Shown here: piece by piece, positions 38,716 through 46,286 of the stretch | Layout of the letters: each line of letters begins with the position of its first letter | How positions within the stretch are numbered: the first letter of the stretch is position 1 | DNA from: a virus | Reading direction: 5' to 3' (one strand) | Virus record (IMG/VR): IMGVR_UViG_3300025930_000008 | Coordinates: 1 to 64,000 of that record | DNA length: 64,000 nt | The notes under the pieces: model-generated | What the model saw: only the letters and a program-made list of their open reading frames with translations | Databases searched by the model: none | Told to the model about the DNA's origin: nothing | Program-made: the position numbers and the translations under genes

Positions 38716-39024
38716 TTACGTTTCGGTATCCTCCCTACACTTAGGGCAGAGATAGTCGTCATCGAGCGTGAAGTATGTCTCAACACACTCACCACAAGTA
38801 GCATTACCTACGGGTGGAGCCAATACCTCCACCTCTTGGATCTGATAGCGCGGGCGATGCTTCTGATGATGGTAGAGAACCGTCAGCCTACCCTCTTTGA
38901 GCGCCTTGTGATAGCTGCTCTTAGGATTGTCACGAATCTCTTTCAACCGCGCGACTACTTCATCAGGAGAGTGTAGATCACGCCCCTTCTGAACAGTCTT
39001 GGCCTTGTACCAATCAACCTGCAT
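38716..39024 (-). CDS. hypothetical protein with C-terminal Zn ribbon
   Basis: CGEC...DDYLCPKCR. Confidence 0.65.
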   Translation of the reverse strand: MQVDWYKAKTVQKGRDLHSPDEVVARLKEIRDNPKSSYHKALKEGRLTVLYHHQKHRPRYQIQEVEVLAPPVGNATCGECVETYFTLDDDYLCPKCREDTET

Positions 39025-39364
39025 CGCGGCACTCCGGGCAAAGGTAATCGTCCCCAAAGAACGGGGACTCACACTCAGCACAGGGCTTAGCACCAGGCGG
39101 AACACCTTCGTTGAGTACCATTACAGCCCAAGGCTTAGCGACGGGTTCTTCCTCATCCTTATCAGGAATCTTTACCATCATCTTCTTCCCGGTACCCATA
39201 GGAGTTTCGGGTCGGACCTTAGAGTTGTAATGAATCTCCAACTCAGAGTCAGCGTGCCTTCCAGCGCCCTTGCTAATCTTAGCCGCGTACTTCTCGGCTT
39301 CGTCCAAGGTGGCGAAGGTCTTGAGTGGGTATGCGCTTCTGACAATCACCAAGGCCACGTCCAT
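39014..39364 (-). CDS. hypothetical protein with C-terminal Zn ribbon
   Basis: CAEC...DDYLCPECR. Confidence 0.65.
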   Translation of the reverse strand: MDVALVIVRSAYPLKTFATLDEAEKYAAKISKGAGRHADSELEIHYNSKVRPETPMGTGKKMMVKIPDKDEEEPVAKPWAVMVLNEGVPPGAKPCAECESPFFGDDYLCPECRDAG

Positions 39365-39531
39365 CCGATGACAACAGGACCAATATGAAAGGTATACACC
39401 TTCCCTTGTGTCTCTGCATCGAGAATTGTCTTAGCGACAAAGAAGAATGGGATGCCCCATAGCTTCATCCTAAACTGTCCGTCGATCTGTTGCATGGCCC
39501 CAGGATACCAGGGCGTCAGGGGAAATGCAAG

Positions 39532-39604
39532 TAGCGCGTACGGGAATCGAACCCGTGTTACCGCCTTGAGAGGGCGGCGTATTAGGCCACTATACTAACG
39601 CGCC
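39532..39604 (-). tRNA. tRNA-Glu(CTC)
   Basis: loop CTCTCAA. Confidence 0.9.
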
Positions 39605-39725
39605 ATGTAGGGACGTTCATTTGTCGCTTTGGGCCACTCCCTATTAGGGGAGGTACGCTCGCCACACGTACAACTGACACGGGTTCAATACCCGCCGCCT
39701 CTTGACACGGGGTATCCGCCCGTCC

Positions 39726-40100
39726 CTAAGTTCTGTGTTCCTGGCAGAGAAAGTCACCGGGTAGCGCCGGGTCCCCACACTCTGCACAAAGTAGCTCACC
39801 ATCGAGCGGTTGGGAATTCAATGCGTCAACTCTTTCCTTGCCCGTGGCAAGAAGTGCGTACCACTTACGCTTGAACTCGGTATCCTGTAGGTTAACAGAG
39901 CCAAGGTCATGCCAACTGTTCGGTTGCTCCGTATGACCAATACAAATCCAAGCCGAACTATACTTCTTAGTTGTTTTGCCTTCTTTCTCTACGGGTGCAG
40001 CAGGCAAAGTAAACATATACCACTGATTTGCAGCTTCATGCTCAGGATATCGCATCTTCTTCGCTATCGTTTTGTTACGCAGTTCACGAATGTTACCCAT
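39726..40100 (-). CDS. hypothetical protein with C-terminal Zn ribbon
   Basis: CAEC...GDFLCQEHR; ATG 3 nt after tRNA-Lys. Confidence 0.65.
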   Translation of the reverse strand: MGNIRELRNKTIAKKMRYPEHEAANQWYMFTLPAAPVEKEGKTTKKYSSAWICIGHTEQPNSWHDLGSVNLQDTEFKRKWYALLATGKERVDALNSQPLDGELLCAECGDPALPGDFLCQEHRT

Positions 40101-40103
40101 CAA

Positions 40104-40177
40104 TACCCCCACTAGGACTCGAACCTAGAACCTTGAGATTAAAAGTCTCCTACTCTAACCAATTGAGTTATGGGGGC
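40104..40177 (-). tRNA. tRNA-Lys(TTT)
   Basis: loop CTTTTAA. Confidence 0.9.
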
Positions 40178-40185
40178 GCGTCCCC

Positions 40186-40614
40186 TCATACGAGGATGAG
40201 GGGAGTCACATCTACCGACTCTAGATGCTCAAAGTATCCATCCCACGGACGATACATTCGGTTCGTACGCTTCTGGTTATTGTCTGCGTGGCAGAGTCGC
40301 TGCGCAGTATAAGCATCCTGTAGGTCTGCCTTAACAGCCGGGATGGTCCACGCTCCATGAGAGCCGAACGTTCCTCCGGTTGTATAGGTGACGACTACTA
40401 GATAAGCATTCTGACCTGGCTCGATTTCATCGTAACCATAAATATCATCATAATCACTCAACTGCTGCGCGTCCCAGCCAGTTAGCTGAGTTGTGCTGAT
40501 CTTATTGATCGACACGGTAAGACCATAGTCTCCCTGATGGAGCCATGGTCCGTCGCCTTCCTCTGGCGGACTTATCTGGTAAGTATACTCAGAGAACTCT
40601 ACCCAATAGGTCAT
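40186..40614 (-). CDS. hypothetical phage protein
   Basis: 142 aa, YLVVVTYTTGGTFG...PWDGYFE. Confidence 0.65.
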   Translation of the reverse strand: MTYWVEFSEYTYQISPPEEGDGPWLHQGDYGLTVSINKISTTQLTGWDAQQLSDYDDIYGYDEIEPGQNAYLVVVTYTTGGTFGSHGAWTIPAVKADLQDAYTAQRLCHADNNQKRTNRMYRPWDGYFEHLESVDVTPLILV

Positions 40615-40641
40615 CGCACGACCCTTTCTTTACTTGTTAGG

Positions 40642-40714
40642 GGTGAACGACGGGAGTCGAACCCGCATCTACATGGACCACAACCATGTGCATTACCATT
40701 ATGCTACGCTCACC
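40642..40714 (-). tRNA. tRNA-His(GTG)
   Basis: G-1:C73, loop TTGTGGT. Confidence 0.9.
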
Positions 40715-40722
40715 ATGTTCAG

Positions 40723-40805
40723 TACGCCCGGTGGGATTTGAACCCACAATGCCGCAAGGCCAGAAGGGTTTAAGCCTCCCGCGTATACCGTTCCGCCACG
40801 GGCGC
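40723..40805 (-). tRNA. tRNA-Leu(TAA)
   Basis: long variable arm, loop CTTAAAC. Confidence 0.9.
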
Positions 40806-40808
40806 TAG

Positions 40809-40881
40809 CTGCCGAGCTAGGGATCGAACCTAGACTTTCCTGATCCAGAGTCAGGCGTGTTTCCAGTTACACCACTCGGCA
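40809..40881 (-). tRNA. tRNA-Gln(CTG)
   Basis: loop CTCTGGA. Confidence 0.9.
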
Positions 40882-41123
40882 ATAATCTTCCTATCCATGG
40901 CGACAATCTTACCACGGCCATTGAAATCGTGCTGTCTCAACGTCCAATAGATCGTAGGCTCATCAATATCCTCCGCCTTAGGTTTAGTTAGCTGCCAGCG
41001 TCTGGAATGCGTCCGACAAAATACCTTGCCAGGGACCACTACATGCCCACAGACATAACACATACCCGTACTATCACGTCCATGACGCTTAGGATTAAGC
41101 TCACGAAATAGTTCCTTGGTCAT
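40851..41123 (-). CDS. hypothetical Zn-finger protein reading into tRNA-Gln
   Basis: CYVC...FCRTH; ATG 2 nt after tRNA-Leu. Confidence 0.55.
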   Translation of the reverse strand: MTKELFRELNPKRHGRDSTGMCYVCGHVVVPGKVFCRTHSRRWQLTKPKAEDIDEPTIYWTLRQHDFNGRGKIVAMDRKIIAEWCNWKHA

Positions 41124-41125
41124 AG

Positions 41126-41207
41126 TACCGGGAGCGGGATTTGAACCCGCACGCTTATCAGGCATCGGGGTTTGAGGCCGACGTGTCTACCATTCCACCA
41201 TCCCGGC
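41126..41207 (-). tRNA. tRNA-Leu(CAA)
   Basis: loop CTCAAAC. Confidence 0.9.
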
Positions 41208-41215
41208 ATAGGTTA

Positions 41216-41287
41216 TAGCGCGACGGGGAATCGAACCCCGGTTACAGGCTTGAAAGGCCCGCGTCCTAACCATTAAACGACCGCGCC
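41216..41287 (-). tRNA. tRNA-Glu(TTC)
   Basis: loop CTTTCAA. Confidence 0.9.
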
Positions 41288-41363
41288 TAGCGAGAGAGTC
41301 GGATGAAGTGAACACGCAGCGTGTTCTATGAGGGTAGGATAACCGCTCTCTCATACCTACCAA

Positions 41364-41436
41364 TGGGCACGGTTGGAATCGAACCAACGACTTCCACCTT
41401 ATCAGAGTGGCGCTCTAACCGCTGAACTACGTGCCC
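41364..41436 (-). tRNA. tRNA-Ile(GAT)
   Basis: loop CTGATAA. Confidence 0.95.
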
Positions 41437-41437
41437 G

Positions 41438-42175
41438 TTAGGGTAATTGCCTTAGAGAATGCTTGCCCATCGGGATGCAAGCCTCACCATCATCATTCAA
41501 GATAGTCTCCAAGTCCTCAACTCGTAAGAAACAATCTCCGTCCAGACCCCAGGTCTTGCCCCAGGAGTTGCGCAAGCGTACCACATGAAGCTCGCCGTGT
41601 CCAGGGAATCGACGCTTGAGGGCATGACCGCGTACACAAATAGCATGACCACCGACGTGCTGTCCAGAAATGTCAAGCAGCCCGGAAGGGTCCGGGTCAA
41701 ACATGCTATCGCGCCACCAAATGCCAATTTCCACGACACCGTGGTTAGATAAGGTGGCTAGTACGTCATCAATGCTGAACGCCCAACGGTATGAGTCAAT
41801 GAACCCATACTGTTGCATGATCTTCGCACCTGACAATACAGAAGTACCATCGTTGTGCGGATTAGCGCCAGGGTATGCTCCACCCGGCCAAGGATCATTC
41901 TTTTGAGCTTCCCAATAGACCTTTTGCTCTGCAAAGCTATTGGAAATACCTCGCGTGTGATCTTTGTACGCTGAGGCGCAGTGGCTCCATGAGAAACCTA
42001 CACAAGCACCCTCTTGTCCCTGGTCTAACCAGACTGGACACTGCCAAGTCTTAGTCTTTAGCGTCTCGGGGACCAGACCACGGATATCGTAGTCCTTTGA
42101 GCGGTCATCGAACTCTTGGAGTCTATCGAGCCGCCTGTCTTGTGTATCTGTACCGTCGCGTAGAGTAGGCATCAC
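41438..42175 (-). CDS. papain-like (C1) cysteine peptidase
   Basis: DQGQEGACVGFS, GGHAI, RNSWGKTWG. Confidence 0.85.
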   Translation of the reverse strand: MMPTLRDGTDTQDRRLDRLQEFDDRSKDYDIRGLVPETLKTKTWQCPVWLDQGQEGACVGFSWSHCASAYKDHTRGISNSFAEQKVYWEAQKNDPWPGGAYPGANPHNDGTSVLSGAKIMQQYGFIDSYRWAFSIDDVLATLSNHGVVEIGIWWRDSMFDPDPSGLLDISGQHVGGHAICVRGHALKRRFPGHGELHVVRLRNSWGKTWGLDGDCFLRVEDLETILNDDGEACIPMGKHSLRQLP

Positions 42176-42194
42176 CCATTACGCTACGGAGGCA

Positions 42195-42266
42195 TGGCGA
42201 ATATTGGAGTCGAACCAATGACGCGAGGTTCTTCAGACCTCCGCTCTACCACTGAGCTAATTCGCC
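42195..42266 (-). tRNA. tRNA-Phe(GAA)
   Basis: loop CTGAAGA. Confidence 0.9.
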
Positions 42267-42348
42267 AAGTGAAGGCGGTTCGCCCCGCACCTTACGAACC
42301 CGAATCGTACGCGGTGGGCATAGGACACTAGTAATCCATTACCGCCAG

Positions 42349-42438
42349 CGGAGAGTGTAGGATTCGAACCCACGCGCCGGTTCAAGGCCGACCAACGGTT
42401 TTCAAGACCGCCCCAATAGTCCACTCTGGCAACTCTCC
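42349..42438 (-). tRNA. tRNA-Ser(TGA)
   Basis: long variable arm, loop CTTGAAA. Confidence 0.9.
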
Positions 42439-42451
42439 ATGTCGTGTATAA

Positions 42452-42871
42452 ATAAGCTGCGAGAGGCATAGCGTCCGCAGCTAAGATAGCCCGAATTGCA
42501 AGGTAAAGGTCAGGCCCTAGGCTCATCTGGCACAGCCGGGGTGTCCGTCCCTACGTAGGTTCATTCCAGGCCACGACTACCTAGCTGAAACCTATACCTC
42601 GGAGGCGTTCGCAGCCCCAAGCGGGTGAAGAACCACTTCAACCTTTAAGTTTAGAAACCTCCTGTTCGATGACAAATGATAGACATTTCAACCGACCTGA
42701 GCGTGTCCGTGGATACTGTGTTCGCACGCAGCGGTCAAGCACTCGGCCCCATATCCTTTTCGGCTGGCTACTCCGTCGCCCTTGCACAGTCATAGGTTTC
42801 TAAGGGTTCCCGCCCTCCACCTAATCTTCCCGCACAGTATGTGTCAGTCTATAAGCCTCAGGTTCTCAGCC
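42452..42871 (-). ncRNA. large structured ncRNA candidate (~420 nt)
   Basis: no credible ORF; long-range helices ACCUGAG/CUCAGGU, AUACUGUG/CACAGUAU, UUAGAAACCU/AGGUUUCUAA; 3' hairpin AGCUGCG/CGCAGCU. Confidence 0.6.
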
Positions 42872-42872
42872 A

Positions 42873-43120
42873 CTATTGGCCCTGTCCTAACCACCCTTGT
42901 AGGTGACTTTTATCTGCGACAACCTCTACATTGAGAGGGTCCCATGGTTGGGGCTGATCCCGTAGTGATTCATCCTCGGGATTTTCTGCCACAATCCAAG
43001 TGATGCCAGGATCGCTGTGAGCATACTCCCCCCAATACTTCAATGCATCGGCTTCGCTCACCACTCGGCCATACAGACCGTAGTAGTGATTCAAGATAAG
43101 GTATCTGACCTTAGTCTTGC
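42873..43120 (-). CDS. hypothetical protein (start uncertain)
   Basis: open frame between tRNA-Cys and the ncRNA. Confidence 0.4.
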
Positions 43121-43121
43121 A

Positions 43122-43192
43122 AGGCAAGGACGGGAGTCGAACCCGTGTTACAGGTTTTGCAGACCCGCGCGTAGCCATTCCGCCACCTTGCC
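43122..43192 (-). tRNA. tRNA-Cys(GCA)
   Basis: loop CTGCAAA, U73. Confidence 0.9.
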
Positions 43193-43306
43193 ATTACGTC
43201 GTAGACATTCCTCACGGTCACAATTACATGCGTTCTGACAAACGAAACCCTTGTGACACTCACAGTCTTTGATGGGCTGTTCACAAATAGTACATTTCCA
43301 TACCAT
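43148..43306 (-). CDS. small Cys-rich protein reading into tRNA-Cys
   Basis: MVWKCTICEQPIKDCEC...; ATG 2 nt after tRNA-Asn. Confidence 0.45.
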   Translation of the reverse strand: MVWKCTICEQPIKDCECHKGFVCQNACNCDREECLRRNGKVAEWLRAGLQNL

Positions 43307-43308
43307 AG

Positions 43309-43380
43309 CTCGCCGGGTAGGACTTGAACCTACAACCATTCGGTTAACAGCCGAACGCTCTGCCATTGAGCTACCGGCGA
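43309..43380 (-). tRNA. tRNA-Asn(GTT)
   Basis: loop CTGTTAA. Confidence 0.95.
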
Positions 43381-43631
43381 CTGTTGATCCAACTATCTAG
43401 ACACGCCTTATGAGTGGGCAGTAACTCCCAATCAGCGTGCCAAGTACCCTGCACAATGTCAAAGGTTTCCGTACCTTCGTCTGACCACTCGCCACCCATG
43501 CGTTGTATTTTACACGGGATTCCCTGGCGTCCTTCCTGAGCCTGTTCAACTGTAATGATACGCCAGATCGCACATTCGCTTTTATCAAAGCGGTAGTTTG
43601 CATATATTCTACCGACTAGCGGCTCTTTCAT
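43371..43631 (-). CDS. hypothetical protein
   Basis: ATG 1 nt after tRNA-Lys; stop is TAG at nt 8-10 of tRNA-Asn. Confidence 0.55.
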   Translation of the reverse strand: MKEPLVGRIYANYRFDKSECAIWRIITVEQAQEGRQGIPCKIQRMGGEWSDEGTETFDIVQGTWHADWELLPTHKACLDSWINSRR

Positions 43632-43632
43632 A

Positions 43633-43705
43633 TGCCCCCAACAGGGATCGAACCTGTGACCTTGAGATTAAGAGTCTCCTGCTCTACCGGCTGAGCTATA
43701 GGGGC
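43633..43705 (-). tRNA. tRNA-Lys(CTT)
   Basis: loop CTCTTAA. Confidence 0.95.
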
Positions 43706-43769
43706 GATGATTGGTCATTCCCCTTACCCCTAGGGAATCGTTACTGGATGGGCAACCAATCAAGTTGTA

Positions 43770-43849
43770 TGGCGGGTGGAGGAATCGAACCTCATTACGC
43801 TCTCGCCAGCTAGGTTATGAGCCTTGCTGCCCAAACCTGGGCACCCGCG
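43770..43849 (-). tRNA. atypical tRNA(CAT), initiator-like
   Basis: C1xC72 mismatch, loop CTCATAA, shrunken D-arm, extra variable arm. Confidence 0.65.
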
Positions 43850-43863
43850 TCGTAAATTTGCTA

Positions 43864-43949
43864 CGGAGAGTGGGGGATTTGAACCCCCGGTACCCACTGG
43901 ATACTCCGTCTTAGCAGGACGGTGCATTAAGCCACTCTGCCAACTCTCC
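43864..43949 (-). tRNA. tRNA-Ser(GCT)
   Basis: loop CTGCTAA. Confidence 0.9.
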
Positions 43950-44135
43950 CTGTGTGATACGTGGCACCCACGTACCCCTTTTAACTAAGGCGAAAAACTC
44001 TATCAACGTACACTTAGAACTATCCGTCAATCCATCTACACGGCCGTCTGTGTAAGTCCAATAAACTCTTTCCGTCTTAGGATCATAGAGATAATCCTTC
44101 ACCATTGCGTTCGCTTCCCAACGAAAAGAAATCAT
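43911..44135 (-). CDS. hypothetical protein reading into tRNA-Ser
   Basis: ATG 1 nt after tRNA-Arg. Confidence 0.5.
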   Translation of the reverse strand: MISFRWEANAMVKDYLYDPKTERVYWTYTDGRVDGLTDSSKCTLIEFFALVKRGTWVPRITQGELAEWLNAPSC

Positions 44136-44136
44136 A

Positions 44137-44208
44137 CGGCCCCGGTGAGAATCGAACTCACATCTATCCCTTAGGAGGGGATCGTTCTGTCCATTATACT
44201 ACAGGGCC
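44137..44208 (-). tRNA. tRNA-Arg(CCT)
   Basis: loop CTCCTAA. Confidence 0.9.
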
Positions 44209-44264
44209 AGAAGCAGGGCATTTCAGCCCCACCCACGTCACCGCTTTAGGACAACGGCTGCCTG

Positions 44265-44468
44265 TCAGATATCCATAGCGCACTGGTTAACGCAATCCCG
44301 ACAACAATTGCACACCGTATCGTAATCGCCACCGATTTCCTCTGCATACGGACAGCCATGAGGAATCTCTCCCTCATTACCGCAGTTACAGAGCGGACTG
44401 ATTGCCGATAACAACCAGTCTTTGACAACCTGCTTGTAAATATGCATACGTATTTGCACAGCAGGCAT
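44265..44468 (-). CDS. Cys-rich small protein
   Basis: HGCPYAEEI...CNCCRDCVNQCAMDI. Confidence 0.6.
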   Translation of the reverse strand: MPAVQIRMHIYKQVVKDWLLSAISPLCNCGNEGEIPHGCPYAEEIGGDYDTVCNCCRDCVNQCAMDI

Positions 44469-44540
44469 AGGCCAGGATGGATTTGAACCATCGACCCGCA
44501 CCTTATAAGAGTGCCGCTCTAACCCCTGAGCTACTGGCCC
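44468..44540 (-). tRNA. tRNA-Ile(TAT)
   Basis: loop CTTATAA; body similar to Ile(GAT). Confidence 0.9.
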
Positions 44541-44549
44541 AATTAGTTA

Positions 44550-44728
44550 GAGGATCGTATATGGGGGACTTACTTCATGGATAGGTACGCACTACGCCGG
44601 GGCGACCACACCCCTCTCGGCCAGCACGCATACTCCTAGATGTAGTCAACATCGTTAGTGACCTATATCAATCCGCTTACCCTTATCCCACCTGCGCACT
44701 GTGGGCGGCAATTATCCGTCCGATCCTC
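44550..44728 (-). ncRNA. unassigned structured RNA (~180 nt)
   Basis: closing stem GAGGATCG/CGATCCTC, inner ATAGGT-CACTA/TAGTG-ACCTAT. Confidence 0.5.
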
Positions 44729-44729
44729 A

Positions 44730-44801
44730 AGCCCGCGAGGGGAATCGAACCCCTATCCCTGCTTTACGAAAGCAGTATAATAGCCGTTATACTACGCGGG
44801 C
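44730..44801 (-). tRNA. tRNA-Thr(CGT)
   Basis: loop TTCGTAA. Confidence 0.9.
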
Positions 44802-44899
44802 GACTTACTTATCAGGCACAATCATAGTGCCTTTACAGATGGGACATACCCTACCATTGTTAAGGATGCCCCCTTTCATCTTGCATTTACAATCCATAG

Positions 44900-45349
44900 T
44901 GGAGGTGGGCGGAATTGAACCGCCGTCCTGCGTACACTTGTTGACTCAGTTTCTAGCAGCTTTGTAATACAATACTGGCAACCGGTTCTGAGCCGCCTAC
45001 CCTTACTCTACCACAAGATACGGCAGACTCATGCTAGTGACTGTTTGAAATAGTCGGGAGCAGCCTGTTGTTCCGTACACCCTGCTGTCGAGATTACTCA
45101 CCACGCAATGGAAATACCATTAGAGTGGAGCCGAGTAAGCCAATTAGATTGACCGTCTAATCTTTCCAAACAAGGATTTGGGACTTTATACCCCGGCCAC
45201 GCTTTCTGTTCCTAGGTCCGTGGCTCCTGACCCGAGCGGACTAAGCCGCTAGAGCAAACGTATGAGTGTCTGCAATTATTGTTAGTGGTAGGCCACTACC
45301 CGCTGCACTAAGGCAACCGCATCTTACACAGTCGATGCCTGTCACCCCC
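44900..45349 (-). ncRNA. ssrA: tmRNA, tag (A)ADTHTFALAA
   Basis: 5' GGGGGTGACAGGCATCGAC, 3' GGCGGTTCAATTCCGCCCACCTCCA with G3:U; resume context ATAATT-GCA; tag at 45273-45241. Confidence 0.95.
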
Positions 45350-45687
45350 ATGATTATCAGCCTCCACCTAGCCTTATTAGACTAACGTCTAGCTTACGGC
45401 CTCGCTCTAGATTTGCTGACACGGAGCGAATTAAAGTTTATGCCGGATTTCTTGGACGGCTCCGGCAACCGCCCATAAGGAGTTTATGAAAGGTGGTACC
45501 TCAACAAGACCGCGATATTCGCCTTGTTCCTCTCATAGACTCCACCAAGTTATACGAGAGTCCACTGTGCCGTAGCCACTCCGAACGGTTCCTGCCGTCC
45601 CGCACTAGCCTCACGGTCTAGGCGATGGTCGGGAGACAATCTCCCCCTTGGGGCAGTCCATCCCAACTTAGAAGTAGAACTCTCTAG

Positions 45688-45757
45688 TAGACCGGGCAGG
45701 ATTCGAACCTGCAATGAACAATGATAAAGATTGTTTGTGTACCGTACACACCGGTCA
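45688..45757 (-). tRNA. non-canonical tRNA-like RNA with UUA (ochre) anticodon
   Basis: canonical T-arm GCAGG-TTCGAAT-CCTGC, 6-bp anticodon stem, loop CTTTATC, U1xU72. Confidence 0.55.
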
Positions 45758-45824
45758 AGCCCCGGCATAGGGTTCCCGCCCTATGTTACTCCGGGGTCGT
45801 CCACGGACAATTAGTCGATGGACA

Positions 45825-45896
45825 TGGGCCGCACTGGAATCGAACCAGTGACTTCCTGCGTGTCGAGCAGGCGTTCTACCGCTGAACTAGCGGCCC
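45825..45896 (-). tRNA. tRNA-Val(GAC)
   Basis: loop TCGACAC. Confidence 0.9.
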
Positions 45897-45995
45897 TAGT
45901 TACGTGAGCTAGCTTACTCACTTCGCTAGCTCACACCCAAAACAACGCCTGATTCTGACGATGCGTGAGCGGGATGGTTGACCAACCAGAACAAC

Positions 45996-46024
45996 AGTTT
46001 AGCCGATGTTCTGGCGACTGTCAA
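45996..46024 (-). promoter_or_regulatory. sigma70-type promoter within the RNA cluster
   Basis: TTGACA-N17-TAAACT. Confidence 0.65.
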
Positions 46025-46214
46025 GCTTATCGGGACGAGAGGTAAACGCCTTCTATCTTTGCCCCACTGTACTCCTGCTTGTCAATCGCGTCTGCAACAG
46101 CAAGACCAACATCTTGGCGCAAGTCAAACTTCTTGATAGGCGCCAACGTCGTCGGAATGGTGATGACCACCGTGATTGTATTATCCATGCTAAAAACGTA
46201 GCACGACTGTCAAG

Positions 46215-46286
46215 TGGACCCGGCTGGGATCGAACCAGCGACCTTCTGCTTGTAAGGCAGACGTTCTCCCACTAAACTACGGGTCC
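46215..46286 (-). tRNA. tRNA-Val(TAC)
   Basis: loop CTTACAA. Confidence 0.9.

Noticed and set aside
39630-39725. Plus-strand GGGTTCAATACCC T-arm-like hairpin
   Set aside because: No acceptor/anticodon arms could be built and it is antisense to the array; it may be part of another small RNA but is unsupported
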